A stretch of DNA of 63,986 bases, the filler included, from Octopus bimaculoides (taxonomy: Eukaryota), in NCBI RefSeq assembly GCF_001194135.2. It is 6 parts of 5 records of this genome, joined end to end, with 100 filler letters (N's around TTAATTAATTAA, not from the genome) between each part and the next. Parts side by side here need not be neighbours in the genome. Positions count along the whole stretch, not along the records: positions 33,138 to 44,432 come from NC_068994.1; positions 44,533 to 49,561 come from NC_068985.1; positions 49,662 to 61,515 come from NC_068996.1; 3 more parts are not named here. The stretch is one strand, 5' to 3'. Shown here piece by piece: positions 36,811-50,989 of this stretch. Every line of letters starts with the position of its first letter. The first letter of the stretch is position 1. Under the pieces are notes generated by a model. That model saw only the letters and a program-made list of their open reading frames with translations, made no database searches and was not told where the DNA came from. A program made the translations under genes and the position numbers.

Positions 36811-38580
36811 CATTTCCGTTTCTTTTATCATTTCAGAATATTTTCAAAAATTTTCTTCTTCAAATCTTTATATATTTTTTCCCCACAATTTCATTCATTT
36901 CCATCCTTCTTTCATTATGTTTTTCATTCTTTTACTCCTCCTTTNNNNNNNNNNNNNNNNNNNNNNNNNNNNNNNNNNNNNNNNNNNNNNNNNNNNNNNN
37001 NNNNNNNNNNNNNNNNNNNNNNNNNNNNNNNNNNNNNNNNNNNNNNNNNNNNNNNNNNNNNNNNNNNNNNNNNNNNNNNNNNNNNNNNNNNNNNNNNNNN
37101 NNNNNNNNNNNNNNNNNNNNNNNNNNNNNNNNNNNNNNNNNNNNNNNNNNNNNNNNNNNNNNNNNNNNNNNNNNNNNNNNNNNNNNNNNNNNNNNNNNNN
37201 NNNNNNNNNNNNNNNNNNNNNNNNNNNNNNNNNNNNNNNNNNNNNNNNNNNNNNNNNNNNNNNNNNNNNNNNNNNNNNNNNNNNNNNNNNNNNNNNNNNN
37301 NNNNNNNNNNNNNNNNNNNNNNNNNNNNNNNNNNNNNNNNNNNNNNNNNNNNNNNNNNNNNNNNNNNNNNNNNNNNNNNNNNNNNNNNNNNNNNNNNNNN
37401 NNNNNNNNNNNNNNNNNNNNNNNNNNNNNNNNNNNNNNNNNNNNNNNNNNNNNNNNNNNNNNNNNNNNNNNNNNNNNNNNNNNNNNNNNNNNNNNNNNNN
37501 NNNNNNNNNNNNNNNNNNNNNNNNNNNNNNNNNNNNNTTATTTAGATTCGTTAAGACTTCCAGCAAGGAGAATCGTTTGAGCGTTGCAGTATATCCTCCG
37601 ACTCTTTATGTTCTGAGACCAAATCCAGCCTTTTAGTCCTACCACCGGTGTCGATAAAATAAAATACCAGTCAGGCACTGGAGTCCATTGTATGAATTTC
37701 CCCCAACCCTTAAAAAAAATTACTGGTCTTCTGCCTAACATTGACACCTTTATTTTTATTCATCTCAAGGCGGTGAGTTGGCAGAATCGTGAGCGAGCCG
37801 GGCGAAATGCTTAACGGCATGTGATCGACTAGTCCCCTCCCACCAAATTTCAACACCTTGTGCCTTCAGTAGAAAGGATTATTATTATTATTATTATTAT
37901 TGTTATTATTATATACTTTTAATCTGCATGTTTGTTACTATCACTTCCTGAGACACACCCAGCGTCCTAGGGCGAGTGAAGCATAAGAGATGTTACAGTA
38001 TGACTGAAAGCTTCGAAAGGGGAAGTAGCAGGGGATGTAGCAAAATATCTTTACGTAATACAACAGACACATTTAGATCGATAGGGTTTTTCAGGCATCA
38101 TTTATAGTCATTGATTTTATAAATCTTCATTGACAGTCCTTCATTTCGTCAATCATCATTCACTGTCAATCATTTCTTCAATTTTCATTCACTAGTTTTC
38201 ATTCCTTCAGTCATGATCCGTTGTCATTCATTTCATAAACTCTTCGTACACGATCATTCATCTCTTCACTCTTTATTCATTGTTTCATCAGTCATCGTTC
38301 ATGGACTTCCATTCTTCTTCCACTTTTTCACGTTTCAATCTATTTCTTCAAAAGACTTTTTCAACCCCTTCTTTAAGCATTTCTTTGCGTTAATCAACAT
38401 TCGGCCATTTCCCCTCCCAAAGACGACGACGACGACGACGACGGCGATGCCCCCTACCGGCCACTATTACAACCACCACCGCCGCCACCTCTGTAATGTG
38501 ATGATATGACACACTTCCACTTATTCTTTTCCCTCTATATTCCAACAGAGAATTTGTGGATTTCGTTCACTTAGTTTTCT

Positions 38581-38698
38581 ATGTATGTATGTATGTATGT
38601 ATGTATGTATGTATGTATGTATGTATGTATGTATGTATGTATGTATGTATGTGTCTGTCTATATGTATATAAATGTATGAATATATATGTATGTATGC

Positions 38699-38770
<72 letters not shown>

Positions 38771-38843
38771 GACTGTATGTATGCATGTGCGCATATATAC
38801 ATACACACACACACACACACACACACACTTATATATATATGTA

Positions 38844-38894
<51 letters not shown>

Positions 38895-39024
38895 ATCTTC
38901 CTTTATCAATTTGTGTCTTGCCTATGAAGTTGTTTTATGTGCACACGCGCACACACACATGCATACATATACACATACATACATACATACATACATACAT
39001 ACATACATACATACATACATACAT

Positions 39025-39058
<34 letters not shown>

Positions 39059-39060
39059 AT
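38581..39060. repeat. Concatenated (ATGT)n, (ATCT)n, (CA)n, (CT)n, (CATA)n, (TA)n
   Basis: Read directly. Confidence 0.95.
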
Positions 39061-39849
39061 NNNNNNNNNNNNNNNNNNNNNNNNNNNNNNNNNNNNNNNN
39101 NNNNNNNNNNNNNNNNNNNNNNNNNNNNNNNNNNNNNNNNNNNNNNNNNNNNNNNNNNNNNNNNNNNNNNNNNNNNNNNNNNNNNNNNNNNNNNNNNNNN
39201 NNNNNNNNNNNNNNNNNNNNNNNNNNNNNNNNNNNNNNNNNNNNNNNNNNNNNNNNNNNNNNNNNNNNNNNNNNNNNNNNNNNNNNNNNNNNNNNNNNNN
39301 NNNNNNNNNNNNNNNNNNNNNNNNNNNNNNNNNNNNNNNNNNNNNNNNNNNNNNNNNNNNNNNNNNNNNNNNNNNNNNNNNNNNNNNNNNNNNNNNNNNN
39401 NNNNNNNNNNNNNNNNNNNNNNNNNNNNNNNNNNNNNNNNNNNNNNNNNNNNNNNNNNNNNNNNNNNNNNNNNNNNNNNNNNNNNNNNNNNNNNNNNNNN
39501 NNNNNNNNNNNNNNNNNNNNNNNNNNNNNNNNNNNNNNNNNNNNNNNNNNNNNNNNCAACAATCATTCATAGACGCAACACCCCTCCGCACGCACCTATA
39601 CAACAAACACACTTCAAGCTCAGACCACACATACAGCAACCGTGAATAAATGCATGCAAACACATTTAGTCCACACAGCAACACATCGACAACACAACTA
39701 AACAACGCAGTTCATGCCACAGTCATTGTACTACAATCTGGCCCATACCGCGTGCCATAACGCCATGCAGCACTCCATAGAACATACAGTACCACACATA
39801 CTATATCTCATACCACGCGTCATACTGCATACTGTAAGACCTTTTTTGG

Positions 39850-40155
39850 TCATGAGTGACTTGGGAGTGCACCTAGAAAGTTTTCATCCAAGGCACAAGT
39901 CCGGGCGAGGCTGTTTATGGAAGACCAGTTGTCGCCCACGTACACCAACCTCTCCTGCCCACGCAAACCAATATTATCTATGGGAAAGAGAAAGGCAAAA
40001 GCTTTGCACCAGTGACGTCACAACTCATTTCTACAGCTGAATGAACTGGAGCAACGTGAAATAAAGTATCTTGCTCAAGATACACAACACATAGCCCGGT
40101 CCGGGAATCGAACTCACTTCCTCATGATTGTCACCACGACGCTCTAACTAGTGAG
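39850..40155 (-). mobile_element. tRNA-derived SINE (family D)
   Basis: Plus strand CTTGCTCAAGATACACAAC...CCGGGAATCGAACTC, the reverse complement of a B-box-bearing tRNA-like head followed by a CORE-like block. Confidence 0.7.
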
Positions 40156-41541
40156 TGTCATGCTGCATACTACATCCGCATGATACAGCCTCCGCCTGTC
40201 CTTAATGATCATGGGTATCTTCACCCCTGGAACAGCGCTGTCTGTGGTTGAACAGTCCGATATGCGATGGTAGTCTCTGTCACACAAGTCATTCTTGTGG
40301 GACTGAATCAGTGCTATATGAGTTGTAGTGTTGTTTCCTGCGGATCCACCGCTGAATTCATCAGCTTCTCCGATATAGGGATTTTTTTTTAATAACAGCC
40401 AACGCTGAACGATATACTATGGACGACAGGTTATTGCCCATGTAGCGTGTTTCCTCTGCGAATGGTTGTATCCGCAGCACAAGCCACATTTGTGGGACTG
40501 TCTCGGTGCTGTGCGAATTGTAGTGTTGTTTCCCGCAGATCTATCTTTTAACCCGCTGCATTCATCAGTCTCTCCAATACAGAGCTTTTCATAGGATCCA
40601 AACCTGAACAGTGTGCTATGGAGGACAAGTTGTTGCCCAAGCCGTGTGTTAATCCCTACCAATTTCTTATCATTAAAAGACCCAAAGTTACAGTCTGGCC
40701 GTTACAGTTCGGCACGAGCGTTGTCGCGGTAGTTGCCAGAACGAGGTAGTAGACAACATCGAACTCTCTTAGGGGTTCCTACACCTGATTTTTCCCCAGG
40801 TTTTTCTCTCGAATACTATGTATGGCCGCAAGGCAACGCATTCTTGGGATCACAGTTTTCTTTTCCCTAGAATGGTTTGCCACCCACCACCTACTCAGGC
40901 TAACGAACTCCTTCTACGCAACTGACTTGCTAATTAATCCCTTGGCTAGGAACCCTGATAGGTGTTACTGCTTCGGGTCAGAACAGATCTGAAAACAATA
41001 GTGGCTAAGGAGTGATTCCGCACTCCTCAAAATCCCAGAACACCCGAATTAGGGCTTCACCACACTGGATGTAGTTTAAAGTCTTACCTTGAACAACACG
41101 TACCATACACCGTACCTCACATATACCGTACCTCCCACATACCGCACCTCCCATATATCATACCTCTCACATATCATACCACACACATACCGTACGACAC
41201 AGTCTACAGCACGCACCGAACTGTTTTAAAGCTTCTGTCTTTTGGTTTTCATTTCTTCTCTACCAAAATTCCTTCTGTTCATCAAATTTAGGTTCTTTAG
41301 TATTTGGGTATTCATTGTCTCTTTCCTTGTTTATTTGTTTTTCTTTTCTAAGGGTGATGGGTGGAAAAGGGGGCGGGATTCTTGAGAGTAAGGGAAACTT
41401 TTTAATCTCCTCACCCAACCATCTCTTGTTCGAGATTCTTACTTAAAAAACCCCCCGAAAAAACAAAACCAAACAAAACAGAACAAAAACAGAAACAAAA
41501 CAAAACAAAAAAGAAGCAAATTTCAAAACAAATCATTCCTT

Positions 41542-41586
<45 letters not shown>

Positions 41587-41771
41587 TACACACGCACACA
41601 CGGAGACATGCTCTCTCACGCATCCACCCATATCTATCTATCTATCTATCTATTCACACTCATAAATAGCTAAACACATTTACGTTCGTGCATACATGCA
41701 TGTGTGCATACGTACAAACATATTACATGCATACATACATACGTATACAAACCCAAATATATATTATATAA

Positions 41772-41986
41772 TCTTTTCTACTCTAGGCACAAGGCCCGAA
41801 ATTTTGGGTGAGGGGGCCAGTCGATTAGATCGACCCCAGTACGCAGCTGGTACTTAATTTATCGACCCGGAAAGGATGAAAGGCAAAGTCGACCTCGGCG
41901 GAATTTGAACCCAGAACATAAAGATAGACGAAATACCTTTAAGCATTTCGCCCAGCGTGCTAACGTTTCTGTCAACTCACCGCCCT
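41772..41986 (-). mobile_element. SINE family A with TSD
   Basis: Reverse complement of 5267-5483; flanked on both sides by AATATATATTATATAAT. Confidence 0.9.
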
Positions 41987-42744
41987 AATATATATTATAT
42001 AATATAATAGCTTAAGTATTGAGGTAGCACACGCGTATGTGGATGTCTTACATGAATAAGTTCACATTCGTATGTTTGACAAATTTCAGCTTCACTACAT
42101 AAACACCCTGTGCTTAAACTACAGGATTCATTCTGCTGTTTGAAACTCAGAACAGCTCGACTAGTTTCGATTGGTCATTGCCTTGTTATTATAAAAATAC
42201 AGACACAACCCTACCCTCCCGCACGCACCTATACAACAGACACACATTAAGATCAGACCATACATATAGCAACCGTAAACAAATGCATACAAACACGTTT
42301 AGTTCACACAACAACACATCAACGATACAACGAAACAACACAACTCATGCCACAGTCATTGTACTACAACCTAACCCATACCGCATGCCACTACACCATG
42401 CAACACTCCATAGAATATACGGCACTTCTCTTGTTCTTCCTCAGAGCGACAGCACTGAGGGCGAGCATGAAAATTAGTGCAATTTATAAAATTTGTGGGA
42501 TTTGGCGGGTAATAACAAGGATCAAGTGTCCTCTGAAATTGTCATGCCTTTAGAAAAAGGACTGTTGCTTGCCATTGGAGACAATAGATGAGTTATGGAA
42601 ACATGTTTCTGGCTCAATAACCGTCTTCAGAACAGTAATTGTTCTACTTTATTTTCAGCAGAGGCGACTGTTAATTTACGAAAAGGAACATATTTTTTGG
42701 CAAAGGTAATTTGCATTTCAGTTTAGGAGAGCAGCGTGTGTGTA

Positions 42745-42828
<84 letters not shown>

Positions 42829-43275
42829 TGTGTGTGTGTGTGTGTACGTAGGTAAGTGTGTAAGTACCGTGATTAGAGTGTTTCAAGTCGTTAACTACTT
42901 CGGTCTTAGCTAAAATGCCGAGAAGCGGCATTTTCGATAAAAAGAAAGTTTTGTTTTTAAATTCTAAGAGTTTATACGAGTTTTCGTAAGAACGAACTTT
43001 TAGACCGTATTCCGAAATTATTAGTTGTGCATAACAGTTCCTGTTAGTGCGAAATCATGTTACTATATTGCGGGAGATACCTATACATATTTACATTGCG
43101 TCCCATCTGATGACAAGCCATGTCTCATGCGGACCGTCTTTCGAAAAAAAGGTTGCTCATGCTTGATGGAAATAAAAAATTGAAACGTTATAATGAGAAA
43201 ACACACACACACACACACAATTGAAATGCAAACTACCTTGACCATAAATGTATTCTACTGCTCTTCGTTTATCTT

Positions 43276-43309
<34 letters not shown>

Positions 43310-43799
43310 CCTCTCTCCATGTGTGTATATGTGTACGTGCGTGTGTGTTTATAGATAGATGGATAGCTAGCGAGATAGAGATAGAGAAAGAGAAAAAGTG
43401 AGAGAGAGTGAGAGAGAGAGAGGAATAGATTGCAAAAGAGAAAGAGAGAGAGAGAGAGAAACAAAGAAAGAGAGAGAGAAATAAAGAAAGAAATAAATAA
43501 AGAAAGGAAGAGAGAGAGAGAGATAGAGAAAGAGAGAGAAGACTTCAAATACAGTGAAACAACGTACAACGAAAAAAACCGAAAAAATATTTTAAATGTC
43601 GCTTGTATGTTATTTCACAAAGGTTGTGGTGAGGTGATTCACACTAACATTCGACATTGGTGTGGGCTTTGGGTATGTATGTATGTATGTATGTATGTAT
43701 TACGTACGAATGTATGTATTTATATAAGTTCGTACGTCTCTGTGTGTGTGTATATATGTATGTATATATGCAAGAGTGCATCTGTATATTAATGGTGAC

Positions 43800-44350
43800 A
43801 GAAGCATCGTTTGTAACGAATATTAATTTGCGAATCCAACTTGCATGCGTTTGTCTGCGGCAATCGTCCTGAGAAACCATCTCGTTACGACGTTGTATAC
43901 CAAAAATGCACTGATTATATCGGTGGATGGGAATTTTTTATCACGTGATTTCAACATAATTTGCCTTCATCAGCAACAGGCGCCCTACTACTACCATCGA
44001 ATGCCAAATCGAAAATCCATCAAATCCATATAGTTTATAACTGACTAAATAATAAGCGATGTCGCAAAAGCTGGTGGGCTGTGTATAAATTAGCTATTAT
44101 CGACGAAAACAGCTTTCGTGATGAATATTAATTTGCACATCTAAAATAAATTGGATGTGTTATTTTTGAACGCCTTAGGCAGCGGTAAGCGTCTTGAGAA
44201 ATCATCTCGTATACACAATAAGTTGGTAACGAAGCACAAATTACAGTGAAATCACTTAATACAAAAGTCTCATCGCCAATTCTGATGAGATTTCGTCTGC
44301 TCTGTATACGAAATAGTTCCCCATGGCGATTAACGCAGCCTACGGCGTCC
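43800..44350 (-). mobile_element. Possible mariner transposase remnant
   Basis: Minus frame LIRIGDETFVLSD resembles the mariner IVTGDE(T/K)WV.YD motif; very decayed, with a local duplication. Confidence 0.4.
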
Positions 44351-44386
44351 AACTCGAAAGTTCCAGATTAAGTCGGAAATATATAC

Positions 44387-44432
<46 letters not shown>

Positions 44433-44532
44433 NNNNNNNNNNNNNNNNNNNNNNNNNNNNNNNNNNNNNNNNNNNNTTAATTAATTAANNNNNNNNNNNN
44501 NNNNNNNNNNNNNNNNNNNNNNNNNNNNNNNN
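44433..44532. other. Artificial contig-join spacer N44-TTAATTAATTAA-N44
   Basis: Same 100-bp motif. Confidence 0.97.
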
Positions 44533-44534
44533 TA

Positions 44535-44664
44535 CAGGTGTATTCAAAAGTCGCCCCGTATGAGAACAAACTATTTTTTATAAGAAATGTTTTTTTTATT
44601 TATTTAACTGCTTCTTATAAGAAAATAAATTTTTCCTACGTATGGTGACATTTGAATCACCCTG
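44535..44664. mobile_element. Small Tc1/mariner-type MITE
   Basis: TA|CAGGTGTATTCAAAAGTCGCC... and ...GGTGACATTTGAATCACCCTG imperfect TIRs. Confidence 0.55.
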
Positions 44665-45550
44665 TGAATAGGGTGATCTCTGAAAGTGGTGTCAGAAATA
44701 GCCGGTAGGCTTATTAAAAATGAATTATTACCGACATAATCAGTATTATTGCCTAAAGTTAATCTTTGATATTATATAAAACGTTAGCAGTGAGGTTTCA
44801 CTGGCACGCATTTATCGGCGCTTCCCCCTAATGATGTCCAGTAGACCGAAATCACGTAATACAAGAATTTTGGTGTCCATGACAGACGATTTTCGTCTGC
44901 TATGATATACATGTGTACGCCGACATGAGAGGAACTTTCAAAGCTAGTAACACATTATTTGGTGTTACAAAAAGTTCTCTCTCTTATATTGGATAGTCAT
45001 TATTTCTCAACGAATCTTTAACAACATTTCTCAGAGCTATAACTATTGAAACACACATTAATGGACGAAAAAGAAAAATAATTATCTGAGAGTATGGGAT
45101 ATTCCATCATCGGAGTTAAATAGGGAAAATGAGAAGGGTATAGATTAATGGATTGATGACATAGAGGACAGGAGTAAAGGAATAAGGAGATGAAGAAAAA
45201 GAAGAAAAAACAAGCATTAAAGTTCACAGTTCAGCTTTCCGATCGTGTAGAAGTAAGTCCAAAAGTTCCTAGGTGCACTCCTACGTAAATCCATTGTGTG
45301 TGTATGCGTGAGGTTTGGTGTACATACATAAACGTCACTCTAAATCTAGACGGAATGACTTCGTTTGTGATACATCTACTCACCCTGTAAGAATAGAAAT
45401 CAAATGCATACACACTCAGGCACAGACACACACGTATATATGTGTATATACGTACATATATATATATACACATATGTACAAATATTTACGTACAAATAAA
45501 CATATATACATATACACACATATATAAATATAAATACAAATATATATATA

Positions 45551-45595
<45 letters not shown>

Positions 45596-45668
45596 NNNNN
45601 NNNNNNNNNNNNNNNNNNNNNNNNNNNNNNNNNNNNNNNNNNNNNNNNNNNNNNNNNNNNNNNNNNNN

Positions 45669-45754
<86 letters not shown>

Positions 45755-47499
45755 GCAGACACACAAACAGACAGACAGACAGACACACAAGCAGATAGAT
45801 AGATAGGTTGGGGAGATTTGTGTATTTGCGCTAAAGAAGATGAAGTCTCTGCTAATTTTCTATCTGCTAATTTTCTATCTGCTAATTTTCTACCACATTG
45901 CCTCTCAGACGATTACTCTTTTATTCATAGACTATTAGATCTACACACTTTTTGGTTGCTGATATGAGCATTTACGTTTAAATTTGGTAAAATGCTACGT
46001 TTTGCTTACAGACCTAGTGCAGAAGTTTGTAGTTCATGCGTAATTTGGTTTAACTTTTCATCTGTAAAACTAAAGTATTAATTCAAACACGTAGAAAAAT
46101 GCACGCATAGATTCACGCATCGACACAAATATACATATGCAGATATCCAGCATCACACATGCAAATACCCACATGCATACGTATTATCAACAATAGCACT
46201 AATACGGATGTTAACAATGACGTACAGTTAGGCATATGTTTACACTCACACACACAGTACCACACATACAAAGGAACGTTCGCACACGCACACGATCCCA
46301 CCTATAGATGCGCACAAATCATTATAAGTGCGCGCAGACAAACACACACACACACACACACACATATATCCTGATTGATATTTCCATAAATTTTATCGAC
46401 ATGTCATTAATTAAAAATAAGAATTTTAGTTGCAAAATTGACAGAGCGATTGACCAAATCCTTTATGATAATTAATTAGCATCATTAAATTTCTGGATTC
46501 ATATCCAACCAAGTTCAACATTTTCTTTCTTTGTCAAGGGTCAGCAATATAAATACTAGTAAACTACTAGTTGCTGTGATCCACGATACATTCCCAATAA
46601 TATGTCACCTTTGGCATTTCTCATAAATGGGTAATTAAGTGTAATGATCACAATGTTAGTATTAAACACTGAGCTTTTTCACTGCTTGAGTTATATACAT
46701 TTCTTTCTCTTCTAAAATGACGTATTGGCTGAACGATTAGATTGTCGGATGGATTCCTTCCCACCCTCCAAGTTCAAATCTTACCAAGGGCAGCTTTGTC
46801 TTTTATTACTCGGGATCGATTTATAAGCTGCCAGTTGTGTGCTGAAGACTATGCTTCTTCATTTTTTTCTTTCGTTTTGTCTTTCACTCTTTCAAGAAAG
46901 CTTCATCAGTGATCAAACTTGGAAAAGGCTAGTATGCGACAGTTTTTAAACGCCTAAGACACGCCATATGTAAAAAGAAAACTATTATATTTCTATCAGC
47001 TTCTGAGAACTCATGCAAAGACAAGATATTTTCTTGTGGTTGTATTAATTGTAGTGGTATTAATGGTGATGATGGTTATGATGATGATGAACATGATCAT
47101 GGTCGTGTTGAAACGAATGGCCATTACAACCATGTGTTTCTACGTATAATATCATTCTGTGATACATTGGGCAAAGCTCTCCTTGTGTAGCTTTGTGAAT
47201 CTATCTTTTTTTGTGGGAAAGTATGTAAACATTATATATGTGCGTATGTATGCATGTATGTATATAAAAACACTTCTGTGTGCGCGCGCGTATGTGCTAA
47301 AATAGGATTGTTCCATTTAACATGCTTGAGAATAACTACGGAACATCTACGAGTGGTGTAATTCTATACCGAGAGTCTAATTTCTTGTGATGATCAAGTA
47401 GGTAGGGATTTCACACTCAGCCTACGATCGCAAGGTCGCGAGTTTGTTTCACAGCAGCAGGTTGGGACCATCCTTGTTCTTAAGCGCAGTTTCCTCTAA

Positions 47500-48830
47500 T
47501 TGTAAAGAGTCAGTCCACTCCTGCATCTTTTTAAACATTTCCTTTCCTCTGTAGCCTGCATCAATTTCTTCAGTCAATAATTCCTGAAGTCGCTTTTTGT
47601 ATGTTGTCTGATTGTTTTGCAGAAAACAGACTACAAAAGGTGATGTTTCATGTTCGTCTTCATCGTTTTCTATTTCTCTAGCATTTGCTACGTCTTCTTC
47701 GAGATTCTTCCATCAAGCTCTTGCTGGCTTGCAGTTTTTGCTTTTCGTATGAAGCTTTTATTTTCTTGGTCAGCAAATTGTGTGTCCTCATCGAACTCTT
47801 CAAGTTGATTCGAAATTTCCTTGTCGATAGTTTTTCTATAAATGTCTCACACGAGAGGCCTTGATGCATTGAATTTTCATTGAGATATGCAGAATCTTTT
47901 TCTATCTGATTTTATTGAACACGGTATTTGCCCGCATCAAGTGCTGGTCACTACCTGTGTTCAATGGCGCTACTACTGAGACGTCCAAGATGTAGTCAAT
48001 TTCATTTTTGTGTTAAGCACTTGGGGATTTCCAGGTTCATCTTATTCCGGGTTAATTCCTGCATTGGCTGTTCCAGATGTAAAATTTTTATTATCTTTGC
48101 CATGGTAACTGAACATTTTGTTTCTCGTTCCTTTCTCTTCCTGTCGTACTTTCCCAAACTTTAGATTGAAATCTTCCATCAGTATGCTATAAGTAGATTT
48201 GTACGTCGGCGCTTTCTTTACCTCTTGATAGAATTCTTTCTCTCCGTCATCTTCGTTCGTATTTGTGGGAGCATAGGTCTGATTATCAATTCAAGGTGAC
48301 ATTTCTTGAGAGACGAATTTTTAGCAGTCCGATACGCGAGGAAGGCATTTGTCACGAAATAATTTTCGAAGCCTATTTTTGCTTATAATAAATCCCATCT
48401 ATCTGTTGCTCTCATAAGTTCTGCTTTTCCCAGTCTCATGAGACTTACATCTGTCCATCTCTCATTTATCTATTTCCTTCGAAGTGTTTCGCAGAGCCCT
48501 AGCACAGCGCTTTTGATTTTCTCTTTCTCTTTCATTAGATGGATCATTCCAGTTCTCCCCGTCAAAAAAGTGCAGTTGTAGGTACATATAGCAAGAGTTG
48601 TTATTCGATTTCTTGGCGGTCTATTGTTATTTGAGATCCATAGCAGTCTCTAGTCGCTCGAATTTCGCTCAGCTGCCATGGAGCGGTCCGATTAACTTGC
48701 AGTATACTGAGAGTCATATTCTCGCATTGCTTTAGCTTGTAAGCTGAAGCCACCCCACTGGGTAGACGAGCAGCCCATTTTCTTACCTCTTCGCTTTAGC
48801 TAGCTTCCCTCCGTTGTACGGGACTACTAT
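47500..48830 (-). mobile_element. Decayed RTE-type LINE 5' region (AP endonuclease)
   Basis: Minus frames QTYAPTNTNEDDGEKEFYQE, ILMEDFNLKFGK (GDFNAKVG-like), GSDQH (SDH-like). Confidence 0.75.
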
Positions 48831-49296
48831 TGCTACTGCTGCTCCACTATGAGGTACTGAAGTAGTATTTCGCAATAAATCTTAATGTCTATCTGTCTGT
48901 CTGTCTGTCTATCTAACTCCATATGTATATNNNNNNNNNNNNNNNNNNNNNNNNNNNNNNNNNNNNNNNNNNNNNNNNNNNNNNNNNNNNNNNNNNNNNN
49001 NNNNNNNNNNNNNNNNNNNNNNNNNNNNNNNNNNNNNNNNNNNNNNNNNNNNNNNNNNNNNNNNNNNNNNNNNNNNNNNNNNNNNNNNNNNNNNNNNNNN
49101 NNNNNNNNNNNNNNNNNNNNNNNNNNNNNNNNNNNNNNNNNNNNNNNNNNNNNNNNNNNNNNNNNNNNNNNNNNNNNNNNNNNNNNNNNNNNNNNNNNNN
49201 NNNNNNNNNNNNNNATCATTTAAAAATGTTTTTGTTGAATAAAATTTGCTGAAAACATTCCGCAATAATTATGCACCAATCCAATATATCATATTA

Positions 49297-49385
<89 letters not shown>

Positions 49386-49511
49386 TATTTTATATTCAAA
49401 CTAATATTATAGATCAAAGCTAAGTCATCCTCTGTCGCTCTCTATATCTCTTTAGCATGTTTTACGTGTCTTGCTTGTTATCTTATTGCGCATGCCTTTC
49501 GCTTCACACAC

Positions 49512-49561
<50 letters not shown>

Positions 49562-49661
49562 NNNNNNNNNNNNNNNNNNNNNNNNNNNNNNNNNNNNNNN
49601 NNNNNTTAATTAATTAANNNNNNNNNNNNNNNNNNNNNNNNNNNNNNNNNNNNNNNNNNNN
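49562..49661. other. Artificial contig-join spacer N44-TTAATTAATTAA-N44
   Basis: Same 100-bp motif. Confidence 0.97.
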
Positions 49662-49859
49662 GAGACGCATCTTTGCCTCCACTGATTCACTTGCAAAGTG
49701 TTGAGTAAAATTATTTCGTTGCAGACCTCCTTTGGGTCTTTTTATTATCACTGCGACACACATAGTCCCCAGTTGGTAACATTGATTTCAAGGCCTTCCT
49801 AGATGAGAGACTGGCATTCCACTTAATGTCTATGTTCCATGCTGGCATGGATTGGAGAG

Positions 49860-49978
49860 TTATTAATGTAGAAATATGGTATCATAGCTACTAACAGTTG
49901 AGGGTTGCGTAGTCTAGACGGCGTTTTTAGATTTCATTATTCTCTTTAACCCGGGCAAAGCCGGGTATTTCTGCTAGT
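49860..49978 (+). mobile_element. Helitron 3' terminus fragment
   Basis: CCCGG-GCAAAG-CCGGG hairpin followed by TATTTCTGCTAG|T; same type of end as 16731-16759. Confidence 0.65.
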
Positions 49979-50589
49979 CATAAATATATTTTACTAAATT
50001 CTTCATTATTTTCAAAATTAATTGAAATAAAGGTAGTACCTTTCAACAGAAATATGATAATAAAGGGATTAATTTCCAAAGGAGATCACAGTGGTGGATT
50101 ATAGTGGCAGGGCATAAATTTTTGTTGCTATGTGGTAAGAGGAAAGGAGCAACTGTGGTGTCTGGGAACAAGGTTCTCTCCATGATATAGGTTATGACAT
50201 TTAGCGACCAAAGGAATTTATTGTGATAGATTCATGATGGGTGAGTCTGACTTGTCAAAATGAGTGGAGAAGGAGGGCAGAAATGTATGACTGTATAAAA
50301 TCTAATATGCCATTCATCTGCAGATAAACTGGTAATCCAGATAGTCTGGAATGTTGTATACAGTGTGCTACAACTATTAATAAACAAACATTATTAGTGA
50401 GTGAAAATTATCAGTAAATAAGTCACAATATATATAATTTGCTACTTGTGTGTGTGGATGTGAGAGAGAAAGTATGTGCATGTGTGTGTGTGTGTGTGTA
50501 TGTGTGTACACATAGTACAGTCTATTATTTTGTCTTACCTCTGCAACATAGTCACTGTCAGGATTCTACTGTTGGCATGGGTATGGCTA

Positions 50590-50745
50590 TGGGGATAAGA
50601 AGCTTACTTCCCAACCATGTGGTTTTGGGTTCTGATCCACTCTGCAGTACCTTGGGCAAGTGTCTTCTACTTTAGTCCCAGGCTGATCAAAGCCTTGTGA
50701 CTGGATTTGGTAGAAGAAACTAAAAAAAGAAGTCTGTCACACATA
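50590..50745 (+). mobile_element. SINE family B, 5' half
   Basis: Matches 6559-6730. Confidence 0.8.
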
Positions 50746-50759
50746 TATATATGTATGTA

Positions 50760-50790
<31 letters not shown>

Positions 50791-50989
50791 ATGTATGTAT
50801 GTATAGGACCAGGATATCTGACGCCTTACTGTACTCAAGAAGACCCGTCCACCTCAACAGAATTGATATCTTAAAGCCATTTCCATAATGCTTGTCAATG
50901 AGGGGCCCTGCCCAACCCCCACCTCCATCCTCTTGCCACTCCCCCACTTCCTGTTAACCATTTCCCTTGAGGAAAACTACAACTAGTTA

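Noticed and set aside
33143-37636. Long ORFs (276 aa, 173 aa, 496 aa and others)
   Set aside because: They are translations of trinucleotide microsatellites and N runs, with no domain-like sequence.
42912-42934. Perfect 9-bp hairpin ending in a T run, like a bacterial intrinsic terminator
   Set aside because: Eukaryotic context with no bacterial genes; expected by chance at this length.
44828-44858. Hammerhead-like CTAATGA-TGTC(CAGTA)GACC-GAAATCACGTA
   Set aside because: G5 is mutated, 10.1 is unpaired and there is no helix I; at best a dead relic.
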